A stretch of 64,000 nucleotides of DNA, taken from positions 1-64,000 of the forward strand of contig CAWIAD010000002.1 in assembly GCA_963833985.1 (NCBI GenBank). Reading direction: 5' to 3'. Both the position numbers and the translations under genes were made by a program. The notes beneath the pieces are model-generated. The model searched no databases, was not told the DNA's origin, and was given only the letters and a program-made list of their open reading frames with translations. Shown here piece after piece: positions 52,133-61,230 of the stretch. The stretch comes from an uncultured Planctomycetaceae bacterium. Its GTDB lineage: Bacteria > Planctomycetota > Planctomycetia > Isosphaerales > Isosphaeraceae. How positions within the stretch are numbered: position 1 is the stretch's first letter; every line of letters begins with the position of its first letter.

Positions 52133-53311
52133 GTGGAAGGTAAAACCATGGCGACACCGAGTTCGCTCGCCGCATCGACGCCGGAAATTGACTACCCCAA
52201 ATTGGGGGATCCGACGCCCTTGCGGGCGGTCCACACGACGAACTTCCCCGCGCTCTTGCGGAAGCTCGGTGCGTCGCTCCTGGTCACCACGTACCAGGCT
52301 GGCAAGCTCGTGCTGGTCCGCGACGAGGGGGACCACCTCAATACCCACTTCCGCACCTTCCAGGCCCCGATGGGCATGGCTCTGGCCGGCAATCGGCTGG
52401 CCCTCGGTACCAAGATCCAGGTCTGGGAGTTCGTTGACGTCCCGGCCGTGGCTGCCAGGCTCGATCCGCCCGGCCGTCACGACGCCTGCTTCCTGCCCCA
52501 ATCCAGTCACGTCACGGGCAACATCCAGATCCATGAGATGGCCTGGGGGGCCGGCCGAGAGTTGTGGGCCGTCAACACCCGGTTTTCCTGCCTCTGCACG
52601 CTCGACGGCACGGCCAGTTTCGCGCCGCGGTGGCGGCCGTCGTTCGTCTCATCACTGGAGCCCACCGACCGCTGTCACTTGAATGGCCTGGGGATGGTCG
52701 ATGCCCGCCCGCGCTACGTCACGGCGCTCGGCGAGACGGACGAGCCGATGGGCTGGCGGGCCAACAAGGCCAGGGGCGGCATCGTCATGGACGTGGCCTC
52801 CGGCGACGTGCTCACCCGAGGGCTGTCGATGCCCCACTCGCCGCGCTGGTACGCCGGCCGGCTCTGGGTCTGCGAGTCGGGCGCGGGGACGTTCGGATAC
52901 ATCGACATGAACACGGGAAAGTACATGGCCATCGCGGAGGTCCCGGGTTTCACTCGCGGGGTCGACTTCGCCGGCAACCTTGCCTTCGTGGGTCTTTCGC
53001 AGGTGCGTGAGAGCGCCGTCTTCAGCGGCATCCCGATCACCGAACGGCTGACCGACGAGCAGCGGACCTGCGGCGTCTGCGTCATTGACCTGACGACCGG
53101 GCAGGTGGTCGCGCTCCTGCGGTTCGAGACCACCGTGCAAGAGGTCTTCGCCGTGACGGTGGTGCCGGGTCGGCGGTACCCGGAGCTGATCAACGACGAC
53201 GACGCGGTACTGGAGAACTCGTTCGTGGTGCCTGATGCGGCGCTGGCCGACGTGTCGCCGGCGCTGCGGCGCCGGCCGGGAACGGGAGTGCCCCGCGCGG
53301 GGCGTTCGTGA
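52133..53311 (+). CDS. TIGR03032 (DUF4915) family beta-propeller-like protein
   Basis: Motifs SLLVTTYQAGKLV, VNTRFSCLCT, DRCHLNGL, GLSMPHSPRW, PGFTRG and VGLSQVRE. Confidence 0.9.
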   Translation: MEGKTMATPSSLAASTPEIDYPKLGDPTPLRAVHTTNFPALLRKLGASLLVTTYQAGKLVLVRDEGDHLNTHFRTFQAPMGMALAGNRLALGTKIQVWEFVDVPAVAARLDPPGRHDACFLPQSSHVTGNIQIHEMAWGAGRELWAVNTRFSCLCTLDGTASFAPRWRPSFVSSLEPTDRCHLNGLGMVDARPRYVTALGETDEPMGWRANKARGGIVMDVASGDVLTRGLSMPHSPRWYAGRLWVCESGAGTFGYIDMNTGKYMAIAEVPGFTRGVDFAGNLAFVGLSQVRESAVFSGIPITERLTDEQRTCGVCVIDLTTGQVVALLRFETTVQEVFAVTVVPGRRYPELINDDDAVLENSFVVPDAALADVSPALRRRPGTGVPRAGRS

Positions 53312-53371
53312 GTGCTTGAGTAAAGCTGTTCATCACTCGAGGAAGTTCATCACCAGAGGAGCAACTAAATC

Positions 53372-55066
53372 ATGATCAACCTTTTAGCAAGAGATCAGCG
53401 GAGAAGCGACCGGCGGACGGTCGAGGCCCGCAAACGGCGGCGGATGACGCCAACGTTGACAGCGCTTGAAGATCGCCGGCTGCTGTCGACATTCGCGGTC
53501 ACCAACACGCTTGATAACGGCAGCGCCGGCACCCTGCGCTGGGCAATTGGCCAGGCAGATTTAGCCGGGGGAGCCGAGACGATTGCCTTTGACAAGACGG
53601 TGTTCAAGAATCCGCAGACGATTACCTTGAGGGGCACACAGCTCGAGCTGAGCGACACGACAGGGACCGAGACGATCACCGGCCCCAAGGCGGGCGTGGT
53701 GGTCAGCGGCGGAGGGCTGAGCCGGGTGTTCCAGATCGACGGGGGTGTGACGGCGTCAGTATCGGGTCTGACGATCACGGGCGGCAACACCCCTGACACC
53801 GGCGCCGGTCTGTACAACAACGGCGGCACGGTCACGCTGACGAACTGCACCGTCAGTGGCAACACCACCTCTCCCTCCTCCCCCTCGGGTTACGGCGGCG
53901 GTCTGTTCAACCTCAATGGCACGGTCACGCTGACCAGCTGCACTGTCAGCCAGAATTACTCGTACTTCGGCGGCGGCCTGGCCAACGTCAATGGCAAGGC
54001 CACGCTCAGAAACTGCACCGTCAGCGGCAACTCCGGCGGCACCGGCGGCGGCGTGTACAACGGCGGGAACACGGGCACGGTCACGCTGAATAACACGAGC
54101 GTCAGCGGAAACTCCGCCGCTTTCGGCGGCGGCATTACAAACTGGCTCGGCAGGGTCACTCTTCAGAACAACTGCACCGTGAGCGGCAACTCCGCCGACT
54201 GGGGAGCCGGCCTGTATAACTTCTACGGCACGGCCAAGCTAAGCGCCTGCACGATCAGCGGAAACTCCGGCGGTATTGGCGGCGGCGTGTTCGACGAGGC
54301 GGGCAAGACCACGCTCACGGACTACTGCACCATCAGCAACAACTCCGCGACCGTCAGCGGAGGTGGCGTGTACAACGACGGGGGCAAGGACACGCTAACG
54401 AACTGCACCGTCAGTGGCAACTCCGCTGCGGTCAGCGGCGGCGGACTGTTCAACATCGCTGGCTACTACGGGGGCTCGGCCGTGCTGACGAACTGCACCG
54501 TCAGTGGCAACTCCGCTGCGGTCAGCGGCGGCGGACTGTTCAACGCCACCGACTCCCAGTACGGTGCGGCGACGGCCAGCTTGAACGCCTGCACCGTCAG
54601 CGGCAACTCCGCCGTCAACGGCGGCGGCATCGCCAACCAGGGAACGCTCAACGTCTCCTCTTGCCATATCGTCACGAACCACGCGTCGGCAGAGGGTGGG
54701 GGCATCGCAACAACTTCTGGCATGGCGACAATCACCGGTTCCTTCATCAACAGCAACCAGGCCAGTTCGTCTGGAACCGCCCTGGGAGGGGGGATCTTCT
54801 GTGCAAACAGTGTTCTGTCCTTGACCAGCTGCACGTTAAACGGCAATCAGGCGAACGGCGCGACGGCCCTGGGTGGTGGTATCTACGCGCTGGATAGCAC
54901 CGTAAACGCACAGACTTTGACGGTGACCGGCGACCAGGCGAATGGCACCACGCTCGGCGAGGGAGGAGGGATCTATCGCTATGGCGGCGTCCTGAAACTC
55001 GTGACCAGTACCGTGATGGGCAATACAGCCACGACCAGCGGTAACGATATCTTCGTCCACCCGTGA
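53372..55066 (+). CDS. Secreted right-handed beta-helix repeat protein (Pmp/CSLREA-like)
   Basis: Planctomycete LTALEDRRLLS motif; GTLRWAI; many GGGxxN...TLTNCTVSGNSA repeats. Confidence 0.9.
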   Translation: MINLLARDQRRSDRRTVEARKRRRMTPTLTALEDRRLLSTFAVTNTLDNGSAGTLRWAIGQADLAGGAETIAFDKTVFKNPQTITLRGTQLELSDTTGTETITGPKAGVVVSGGGLSRVFQIDGGVTASVSGLTITGGNTPDTGAGLYNNGGTVTLTNCTVSGNTTSPSSPSGYGGGLFNLNGTVTLTSCTVSQNYSYFGGGLANVNGKATLRNCTVSGNSGGTGGGVYNGGNTGTVTLNNTSVSGNSAAFGGGITNWLGRVTLQNNCTVSGNSADWGAGLYNFYGTAKLSACTISGNSGGIGGGVFDEAGKTTLTDYCTISNNSATVSGGGVYNDGGKDTLTNCTVSGNSAAVSGGGLFNIAGYYGGSAVLTNCTVSGNSAAVSGGGLFNATDSQYGAATASLNACTVSGNSAVNGGGIANQGTLNVSSCHIVTNHASAEGGGIATTSGMATITGSFINSNQASSSGTALGGGIFCANSVLSLTSCTLNGNQANGATALGGGIYALDSTVNAQTLTVTGDQANGTTLGEGGGIYRYGGVLKLVTSTVMGNTATTSGNDIFVHP

Positions 55067-55209
55067 GGCGTTCTCGGCCAGTCCAGGAAGACACCTGCGT
55101 GGCCCACGTCGCAACCGAGAAGCGGCCTCGCCCGGAGCGGGGCCGCCCTTCACTCCGGTCCGTTCCCGCAGACAGCACCCAATCCGACCCTTGTACTGGA
55201 GATCATGCA

Positions 55210-55445
55210 ATGTCTCGAAAACACGCCCCCGCTCGCCGGTGCCCTGGCCTCGAATCCCTGAAAGTCCACCTCTGCCATTCGACCCTGCCGGTAGGCACCT
55301 CGACCACCGTGTCCCAAGTGATACTGATGACAGGATCTTCGCCCAGTGAACGCTCTTGATGAAGCGAACCTCTCCGAACGGTGGTCGCTGACGCCGGCCG
55401 ATCACGCACGGATCGAGGGAAGCCACCAGGCGAAGCGGCCGAGGG
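55210..55445 (+). pseudogene. Gene remnants: a degenerate planctomycete secreted-protein start (55210-55359) and a possible Tn3-family transposase N-terminal fragment (55346-~55445)
   Basis: MSRKHAPARRCPGLESLKVHLCHS follows a GGAG RBS. LDEANLSERWSLTPADHARIEGSHQAKR resembles DUF4158 starts. Confidence 0.3.
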
Positions 55446-55448
55446 GAG

Positions 55449-57455
55449 TCATGGACCGGGTGCTGGCGTCTGATCGCGCGAATGCCCCCGGGCCAATCCT
55501 TTTCCCTTCCCCTCGACCGGCAGGATGATCCGGAAGCGGCTCCCCCGGCCGGGCGTGCTCTCGACCTCGATCCGTCCGCCGTGCTCGGCGACGATGCCGT
55601 GGCTGATCGCCAGCCCCAGGCCCGTCCCCTCTCCGACCGGTTTGGTCGTGAAGAACGGGTCGAAGATCCGCGGCAGGACATCCGCCGGAATGCCGCAGCC
55701 GTCGTCTGCCACCTCCAGTATCACCTCGTCTCCCCGCGCCCGGGTCTCGATCACGATCCGCCCCGCACCCCGACCCGTGGCCTCGATCGCCTGCATGCCA
55801 TTGACCAGCAGATTCAGGACCACCTGGTTGATCTGGGCCGGCGCACAGACGAGTGGAAGCTCCCCTCCGTCGCGCTGCTCGATAGTGATGTTGCGCCGTT
55901 CCAGCAGGCTCCGGAACAGCTCGAGGCTGCTTGCGATCGCCTGACGCAGGTCGACCCGATCGACGGCGGCCTGGTCGAGCCGTGCAAAACCGCGCAAGTT
56001 CTGCACGATGACGGAGATTCGTTTCACCCCTTGCCGTGTGCTGCTCAGCAAGCGTCCCAGGTTCGCCCGGATATAGGGCAGGTCGATCGCCTCACAGACC
56101 TGGTCGATGCGCGCGGCAAGCTCGGGGCTGGCCGCTGCCAGCGCCGGGCGGGCATGCTCGTACGCTTCCAGCACGTCGGACAGGCCGCCCCAATCGCGCT
56201 CGAACACGGCCAGGTTGTTGGCGACGTAGGCAAGCGGGTTGTTGATCTCGTGCGCCACCCCGGCGCAGAGCAGGCCCAGCGAGGCCAGCTTCTCCGCCTG
56301 GACGATCATCGCCTGCATCCGCCTGCGCTCGGTCAGGTCGTGGATGGCGCCAAGGAAGACAACCCCCTCGGGCAGCTCGATCGCCGAGAGCGAGAGCTCC
56401 AGCGGGAAGATCTCGCCCCCTTTTCGCCGGCCCTGCCGCTCGGTCGTGGGGCCAATGGGGTGAGCCTCCGGATTCTCCAAGTAACGCCGCAGCGCCTGCT
56501 CGTGTGCCTCCCGGGCGTCCGACGGCATCAGCAAGCTGAGGGGCTGGCCAAGGACCTCTTGCTCCGAGTAGCCGAAGGCCCGCTGGGCGGCGGGGTTGAA
56601 CAGGCGGATCCGGCCCCATTCGTCCGCCACGACAATCGCCTCGAGAATCCCTTCCGTGAGCTGGCGGTACAGCCGCTCCGAGCTGCGCAGCGCCGCCTCC
56701 GCCCGCTCGCGCTCGACGATCTCCTGCGTGAGCAGGTCATTGGCCCGGGAGAGCTCGGCGGTGCGCTCCTCGACCCGGTGTTCGAGCTCGTTGTGCGCCC
56801 GCCTCAGGGCCTCCTCGGCGGCCTGGCACGCGGCACGCGTGCGCAGGGCGACAATGCCGTAGGTCAGGTCGTCGGCGAGCATTCTCAGAAGCTGCACCTC
56901 GTCGTCGTCGAAGGCGTCGGGGTCCGCGGCATAAATGGCCAGGGCCCCCAGGATTTCCGAGCCGGAGAGCAGCGGGATGCCGACAACCGAGGCGTAGCCG
57001 CGCCGCAGCGCCTCCGCGCGCCACGGGGCGAAATCCGGATCGCGGGTCACGTCCCGGAAGACCGCCGGCGCTCGCGTCCGTACAGCCTTGCCCACCGGTC
57101 CATGGCCACGTTCCGTGTCGGCCCAGGTCACGCGGATCGTTTCGAGATAGCCCTCCTCGTAGCCGGCGTGGGCAACGGGGCGCACCGACTTGGCCTCATC
57201 CTGCTGGAGATATCCGACCCAGCAAAGGCGGTAGCCGGCGACGTCGACGATCACCCGGCAGAGCTCGCTCAGGAACTGCGGCTCGTCGCCGGCCCGGATC
57301 AGGGCGTGGTTGCAACGGCTGAGAGCCTGGCGGGCCCGATCAACCCGCCTGCGTTCGCGGATCTCGGCCGCCAGGGCTTGATTGGCTCGCACCAGCTCCT
57401 CGCTGCGTTGCCGAAGCTGCCGAAGCTGATCTGCGATGTGGTGCTCGTGGTTCAT
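55449..57455 (-). CDS. GAF-PAS histidine kinase
   Basis: GAF (VAGYRLCWVG...), PAS (FNPAAQRAFGYS...), H-box AHEINNPL, N-box and DPFFTTKPVGEGTGLGL. Confidence 0.93.
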   Translation of the reverse strand: MNHEHHIADQLRQLRQRSEELVRANQALAAEIRERRRVDRARQALSRCNHALIRAGDEPQFLSELCRVIVDVAGYRLCWVGYLQQDEAKSVRPVAHAGYEEGYLETIRVTWADTERGHGPVGKAVRTRAPAVFRDVTRDPDFAPWRAEALRRGYASVVGIPLLSGSEILGALAIYAADPDAFDDDEVQLLRMLADDLTYGIVALRTRAACQAAEEALRRAHNELEHRVEERTAELSRANDLLTQEIVERERAEAALRSSERLYRQLTEGILEAIVVADEWGRIRLFNPAAQRAFGYSEQEVLGQPLSLLMPSDAREAHEQALRRYLENPEAHPIGPTTERQGRRKGGEIFPLELSLSAIELPEGVVFLGAIHDLTERRRMQAMIVQAEKLASLGLLCAGVAHEINNPLAYVANNLAVFERDWGGLSDVLEAYEHARPALAAASPELAARIDQVCEAIDLPYIRANLGRLLSSTRQGVKRISVIVQNLRGFARLDQAAVDRVDLRQAIASSLELFRSLLERRNITIEQRDGGELPLVCAPAQINQVVLNLLVNGMQAIEATGRGAGRIVIETRARGDEVILEVADDGCGIPADVLPRIFDPFFTTKPVGEGTGLGLAISHGIVAEHGGRIEVESTPGRGSRFRIILPVEGKGKGLARGHSRDQTPAPGP

Positions 57456-57720
57456 GATGCATCGCTGCCGTCCAGCTTCCGGAGCCGATGTCCGCGGCCG
57501 ACCGACGTGCTGATGGGCTGACGGGCGAAGCCCTCGCTCGGGACGTGAAGCTCCGCCGTTGCGTCGTCCCGCACCGCGGGCCGCAACAGCCGAAGTTCGT
57601 CCCCGCTCCAGAGCTGCACCGCCCGACATCAGTTTAACAGGGCGGCGATTGAGTCGACAGGCTCTCTCTTCATCATTGCGGGCAGCCGGCGCAGGCGGCT
57701 TCGCACCTCGATCGAGCTGC

Positions 57721-58896
57721 TCAGGCCGTGGCACGCTCGAGCCGTGGCAGCGGCGCGGCGCCCGGCGTCACCTCCAACCGCGAGAGCACGTCCAGGACGC
57801 TGGGGCCCTTGCGACCCGGCCGGCGGAAGAAGTAGCCATAGCACGACACGGCCTGCTCGCGATAGGGCGGGTAACGCAGCAGGATGGCGTGCGCACGGGC
57901 GAGGTTGTAGTGCGGCATCAGGCCGAAGACGTGGTGCGTGAGGTGATAGTCCTGGCCGTAGGGAAAAACGGCCCAGTTCAGGATCGGGTTGCAGTGAAAG
58001 TTCCGCGAATGCCGGAACTCGCCGTCTTCCGGACTGTTGCTGTGGTGGGCGATCTCGCGCAGTTGCATGAAAAAGGCGTAGAAGGTCAGCAGCGGAACCA
58101 CCCAGAAGAGAATGAAGACCGGCCATGAGCCCGTCAGGTGCACGAACGTCAGAACCGGCAGCCAGAACGCCCCACGCATGCAGCGACCCACGCGAAACCG
58201 GTACACGCAGCGCGGCTCGCGAAAGCCCGCCGTGACATTCGCGTTCTTGGCCTGGCCGAAGAGATACCGCAGCAGCGACGGCAACCAGCAGGACAGCCAG
58301 ACGTAACGGTACCAAAACCTCGCCTTGCTCATCGGGAACGGAAAGCGATCGCCGTCGAAATGAAGGCGGGGAACGTCGGGGTCGCGCTTCTCGTCGTTCA
58401 GGAACTGGTGGTGCCCCAGGTGCGTGACCCGGAACCGCTGGGTCATCGCCATGGTCGGGAACATGCAGAGCAGGTCGGAGACCAGTTCGTTCGCCAGCTT
58501 GTTTTTGAAGAGCGAGTAATGGGCCCCCTCATGACCCAGCCCGGAAAGCCGGTGCTGAAAGGCCGCCACCAGCGCCATGCCCAGCACGCTCAGCGGGATG
58601 AACGCGGCCGTCGCCAGATGCCCGGACGACCAGTAGGAATAGAGCCAGGTGCACGCGGCCAGCGCACCGATCATGCCGGCATACTCGACCGCAATGTAGA
58701 AAGCGTTCGTGTGGTTATCGGCGCGGAGCAGGGGAATGAGCCGATGATGCACCTCGTCCCAGGTGAGATCGGGCGGGCTCGTTGCAGTTGATGTGTCGGC
58801 CATGGCCAGGGCACCTGTCTCCACAACGCTCGGATTCGTCGGGTCGCGTCCCATCCAATCACGGTCGCACGCCGAAGCAAGGTGGTTCACGGACAT
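57721..58896 (-). CDS. Membrane fatty acid desaturase family protein (start may be 58803)
   Basis: His boxes HEGAH, HLGHH and HLTHH, plus EIAHH and TM segments. Confidence 0.88.
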   Translation of the reverse strand: MSVNHLASACDRDWMGRDPTNPSVVETGALAMADTSTATSPPDLTWDEVHHRLIPLLRADNHTNAFYIAVEYAGMIGALAACTWLYSYWSSGHLATAAFIPLSVLGMALVAAFQHRLSGLGHEGAHYSLFKNKLANELVSDLLCMFPTMAMTQRFRVTHLGHHQFLNDEKRDPDVPRLHFDGDRFPFPMSKARFWYRYVWLSCWLPSLLRYLFGQAKNANVTAGFREPRCVYRFRVGRCMRGAFWLPVLTFVHLTGSWPVFILFWVVPLLTFYAFFMQLREIAHHSNSPEDGEFRHSRNFHCNPILNWAVFPYGQDYHLTHHVFGLMPHYNLARAHAILLRYPPYREQAVSCYGYFFRRPGRKGPSVLDVLSRLEVTPGAAPLPRLERATA

Positions 58897-59253
58897 CCCA
58901 TTTTACCACGTGGCTCTGCATGGTTGAGGGGCGATTGAGTTGAAAATGGTTAACTGGAATGGGTAACAGGTTTGCGAAAGACTTGTTCCCGCGCTCCGTG
59001 TGGAGGAACAAACCTCTGCCTGCACTCAACTTGTCGCGATTTCGACGGTATTGCCTCAATCCCCCCGTTCTTGGAAAGGTGGATACGGGCCGGGCGCGCC
59101 CTGGCATCGACTCCGCAGCCCGTCGTGATGATGTGCGCGGACGAGTCGGCCATCGCCCGCGTTGCGCAGGCATTCGTAGAGTACTCATCATAATTCTTTA
59201 AGACTGATGTACTTTAATACTTTAATACCACCAAAGGCCTTCCCGGGGAGGAA

Positions 59254-59958
59254 TTATAGAACGTTAAAGACAAATGTGAGGCTATAATAGATGCCGATAC
59301 ACAAGAACACAGCACCGGTTATCCGCCGGGCCCACCATTCGACCTTCGTGAGTGCCTTGAAGGCTTTTCCCACAGTGCGGGCGCCGAGGGCTACGAGCAC
59401 CGCAAAGACGAGGGTGGGCAGAGCGGTGCCCACCCCGTAGATGCTGGGCAGGAGTACGCTGGACCGAGCCCTGACGGAGAGCGGGATGAGGCTCCCGAAG
59501 TAGAGGGCTGCCGATACCGGGCAGAAAGTCAGGGCAAAGAGCATCCCGAGCGGCAGGGCACCCCAGAGGCCCAGAGCATCGAGCCGCTTCTGCATCCCTT
59601 CGCTCACCCCGGCGGCTGGGAGCGAGATGGAGACCAGTTCCAGCAAGAACATCGCCACGATGATGAGCAGGGGCCCGAGCAGCTTGTTCATGTACCGCTG
59701 AAGGAACATGGAGAGCTCGGGCACCGAAAGAACGCTGGCGACCAGGAGCACGCCCAGGGCGAGGTACGCTATTGTGCGGCCCAGGGCGTAGAGGAACCCC
59801 GAAAGGAACACTCGCCGGGGGCTCCCGACCTGGCGGCCGATGAACGAGATGGCCGCGATGTTGGTCGCGAGCGGGCACGGGCTGATCGAGGTCAGAATCC
59901 CCAGCCAGAGCGCCGAGGCAACCGCTACGCGCGAAGAGGCTTGAAGGTACTGGTCCAT
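59254..59958 (-). CDS. arsG: ArsG-family (CcdA/DsbD-like) membrane protein, aromatic arsenical efflux permease family
   Basis: Motifs LGILTSISPCPLATNIAAISFI and FALTFCPVSAALYFGSLIP; about six TM segments. Confidence 0.85.
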   Translation of the reverse strand: MDQYLQASSRVAVASALWLGILTSISPCPLATNIAAISFIGRQVGSPRRVFLSGFLYALGRTIAYLALGVLLVASVLSVPELSMFLQRYMNKLLGPLLIIVAMFLLELVSISLPAAGVSEGMQKRLDALGLWGALPLGMLFALTFCPVSAALYFGSLIPLSVRARSSVLLPSIYGVGTALPTLVFAVLVALGARTVGKAFKALTKVEWWARRITGAVFLCIGIYYSLTFVFNVL

Positions 59959-60077
59959 CTCGAAGGCTCCCGTCACCTGGCTACGGCCGGGGCTTGAACG
60001 CCGGGCATGCACCGGACCTCATCGTTCGCACACTCCGTGCAATGGCCCGCTGCGGTTTCATAGCTTCATGCCATTTT

Positions 60078-60902
60078 TCAGAGTTCCATGCCCAGCTCAC
60101 GCCACTTCCTGAGAATCTCTTCCTTCGAGAAAGCCCCCTCGTGCCGGAAGAGCTCCTTGCCGGTGGCATCGAAGAAAATCTGTGTAGGGATGGTCGAGAC
60201 GTCGTACCTTGCCAGCGCATCGGAATTCTCGAACACGTCGATGAAGTCCACCTGGAGCGTTCCGCGATACCTGCTCTTGAGGTCTTCCAGAACGGGTGCC
60301 ATCTCCTTGCACGGGATGCAGCGGGTCGAGCCAAGGTCCAGGAGCCGCGGCAAGGCTCGCGTCTCCTTGCTCGGCGAAGGCCACGCAACGTCCGCGGCCT
60401 GAAGCGCTGGAGTCGCGGCGTGCTCCGTGCGAGGCGTCTCGCCCAGCTCTTCGCGGACGCTTCTCACGATGAAGTCGCGGAAGGCCGGCTTGTCGCCGAT
60501 CAGCTCCCAGACCTCGGGCAAGCTCTTCCAGCCCTCCTGCTTGCCGTCCCGCAGGGAAGCCAGCACGACGCATGGGGCGGCGAGCTTGAATTCTCTGGCG
60601 AAGTGCTCGTTGCCCGGCTCATCGTAGTTCGCGGTGCGCCACTCGATGCGGCCGGAATCCATCTCCTTCGCGAAGCCCGATTCGACGGTCTCTTTCGCGG
60701 TCTTCTCGATGTCGTTGCAGGTGACACACCGCACCTTGCCGTGCAGGTAGTAGGCGATGAGCTTCGGGCCCGCGGAGGGGGCCTTCACGGCGGAAGCCGG
60801 TGCGGGAGGGTGGCCCGCTCCCATCTCTTTCAGGACGAGCGTCACGGCGGTGGCCACGACGAACAGGGCCAGTCCAAGGGTTACAAGGTTCTTTGGTCTC
60901 AT
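60078..60902 (-). CDS. arsF: ArsF-family (nitroreductase subunit-like) domain fused to a thioredoxin domain
   Basis: N-terminal anchor; AYYLHGKVRCVTCNDIE; second domain LLDLGSTRCIPCKEM...IPTQIFFD...RHEG. Confidence 0.8.
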   Translation of the reverse strand: MRPKNLVTLGLALFVVATAVTLVLKEMGAGHPPAPASAVKAPSAGPKLIAYYLHGKVRCVTCNDIEKTAKETVESGFAKEMDSGRIEWRTANYDEPGNEHFAREFKLAAPCVVLASLRDGKQEGWKSLPEVWELIGDKPAFRDFIVRSVREELGETPRTEHAATPALQAADVAWPSPSKETRALPRLLDLGSTRCIPCKEMAPVLEDLKSRYRGTLQVDFIDVFENSDALARYDVSTIPTQIFFDATGKELFRHEGAFSKEEILRKWRELGMEL

Positions 60903-60996
60903 GCGTCACTTCCTTCTTCGGAACGTCCACCCGCCCGGCCGACATCGGGGGCGGTCTGTCTCAGGCTGGAGTCAAGGAAGAGTCATTCCTGCCCGC

Positions 60997-61230
60997 TCAA
61001 CCGATGAGCTTCTTGATTTCATCCGGGCTCAAGGTCCGCCCGCAGGCCACCACTTTTCCGTCGATGGCGAGTGCGGGGAGTGCCCGCACGCCGTCGAAAG
61101 CGAGGATGTCCACAATTTCCTGGACCTTCACGACTTCGCCGGCAACGCCCGCTTCTCTCACCGCCTGCTCGGCGTTGGCCGCGAGTGTCTTGCACTTCGT
61201 GCATCCGGTGCCCAGGACCTGGATCTTCAT
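60997..61230 (-). CDS. arsE: MTH895/ArsE family small redox-active disulfide protein
   Basis: MKIQVLGTGCTKCKTL...PALAIDGKVVACG; ATGA overlap with arsA. Confidence 0.85.
   Translation of the reverse strand: MKIQVLGTGCTKCKTLAANAEQAVREAGVAGEVVKVQEIVDILAFDGVRALPALAIDGKVVACGRTLSPDEIKKLIG

Noticed and set aside
55482..57521. 679-aa plus-strand ORF, and similar long antisense ORFs at 19708-21282, 29646-31184, 40142-41734 and 45965-47389
   Set aside because: They lie opposite well-supported genes, and high GC3 suppresses stop codons on the antisense strand.
59185..59235. AT-rich patch with a TACTTTAA duplication as an island boundary or att site
   Set aside because: It is too short, and no partner repeat or integrase is visible in the window.
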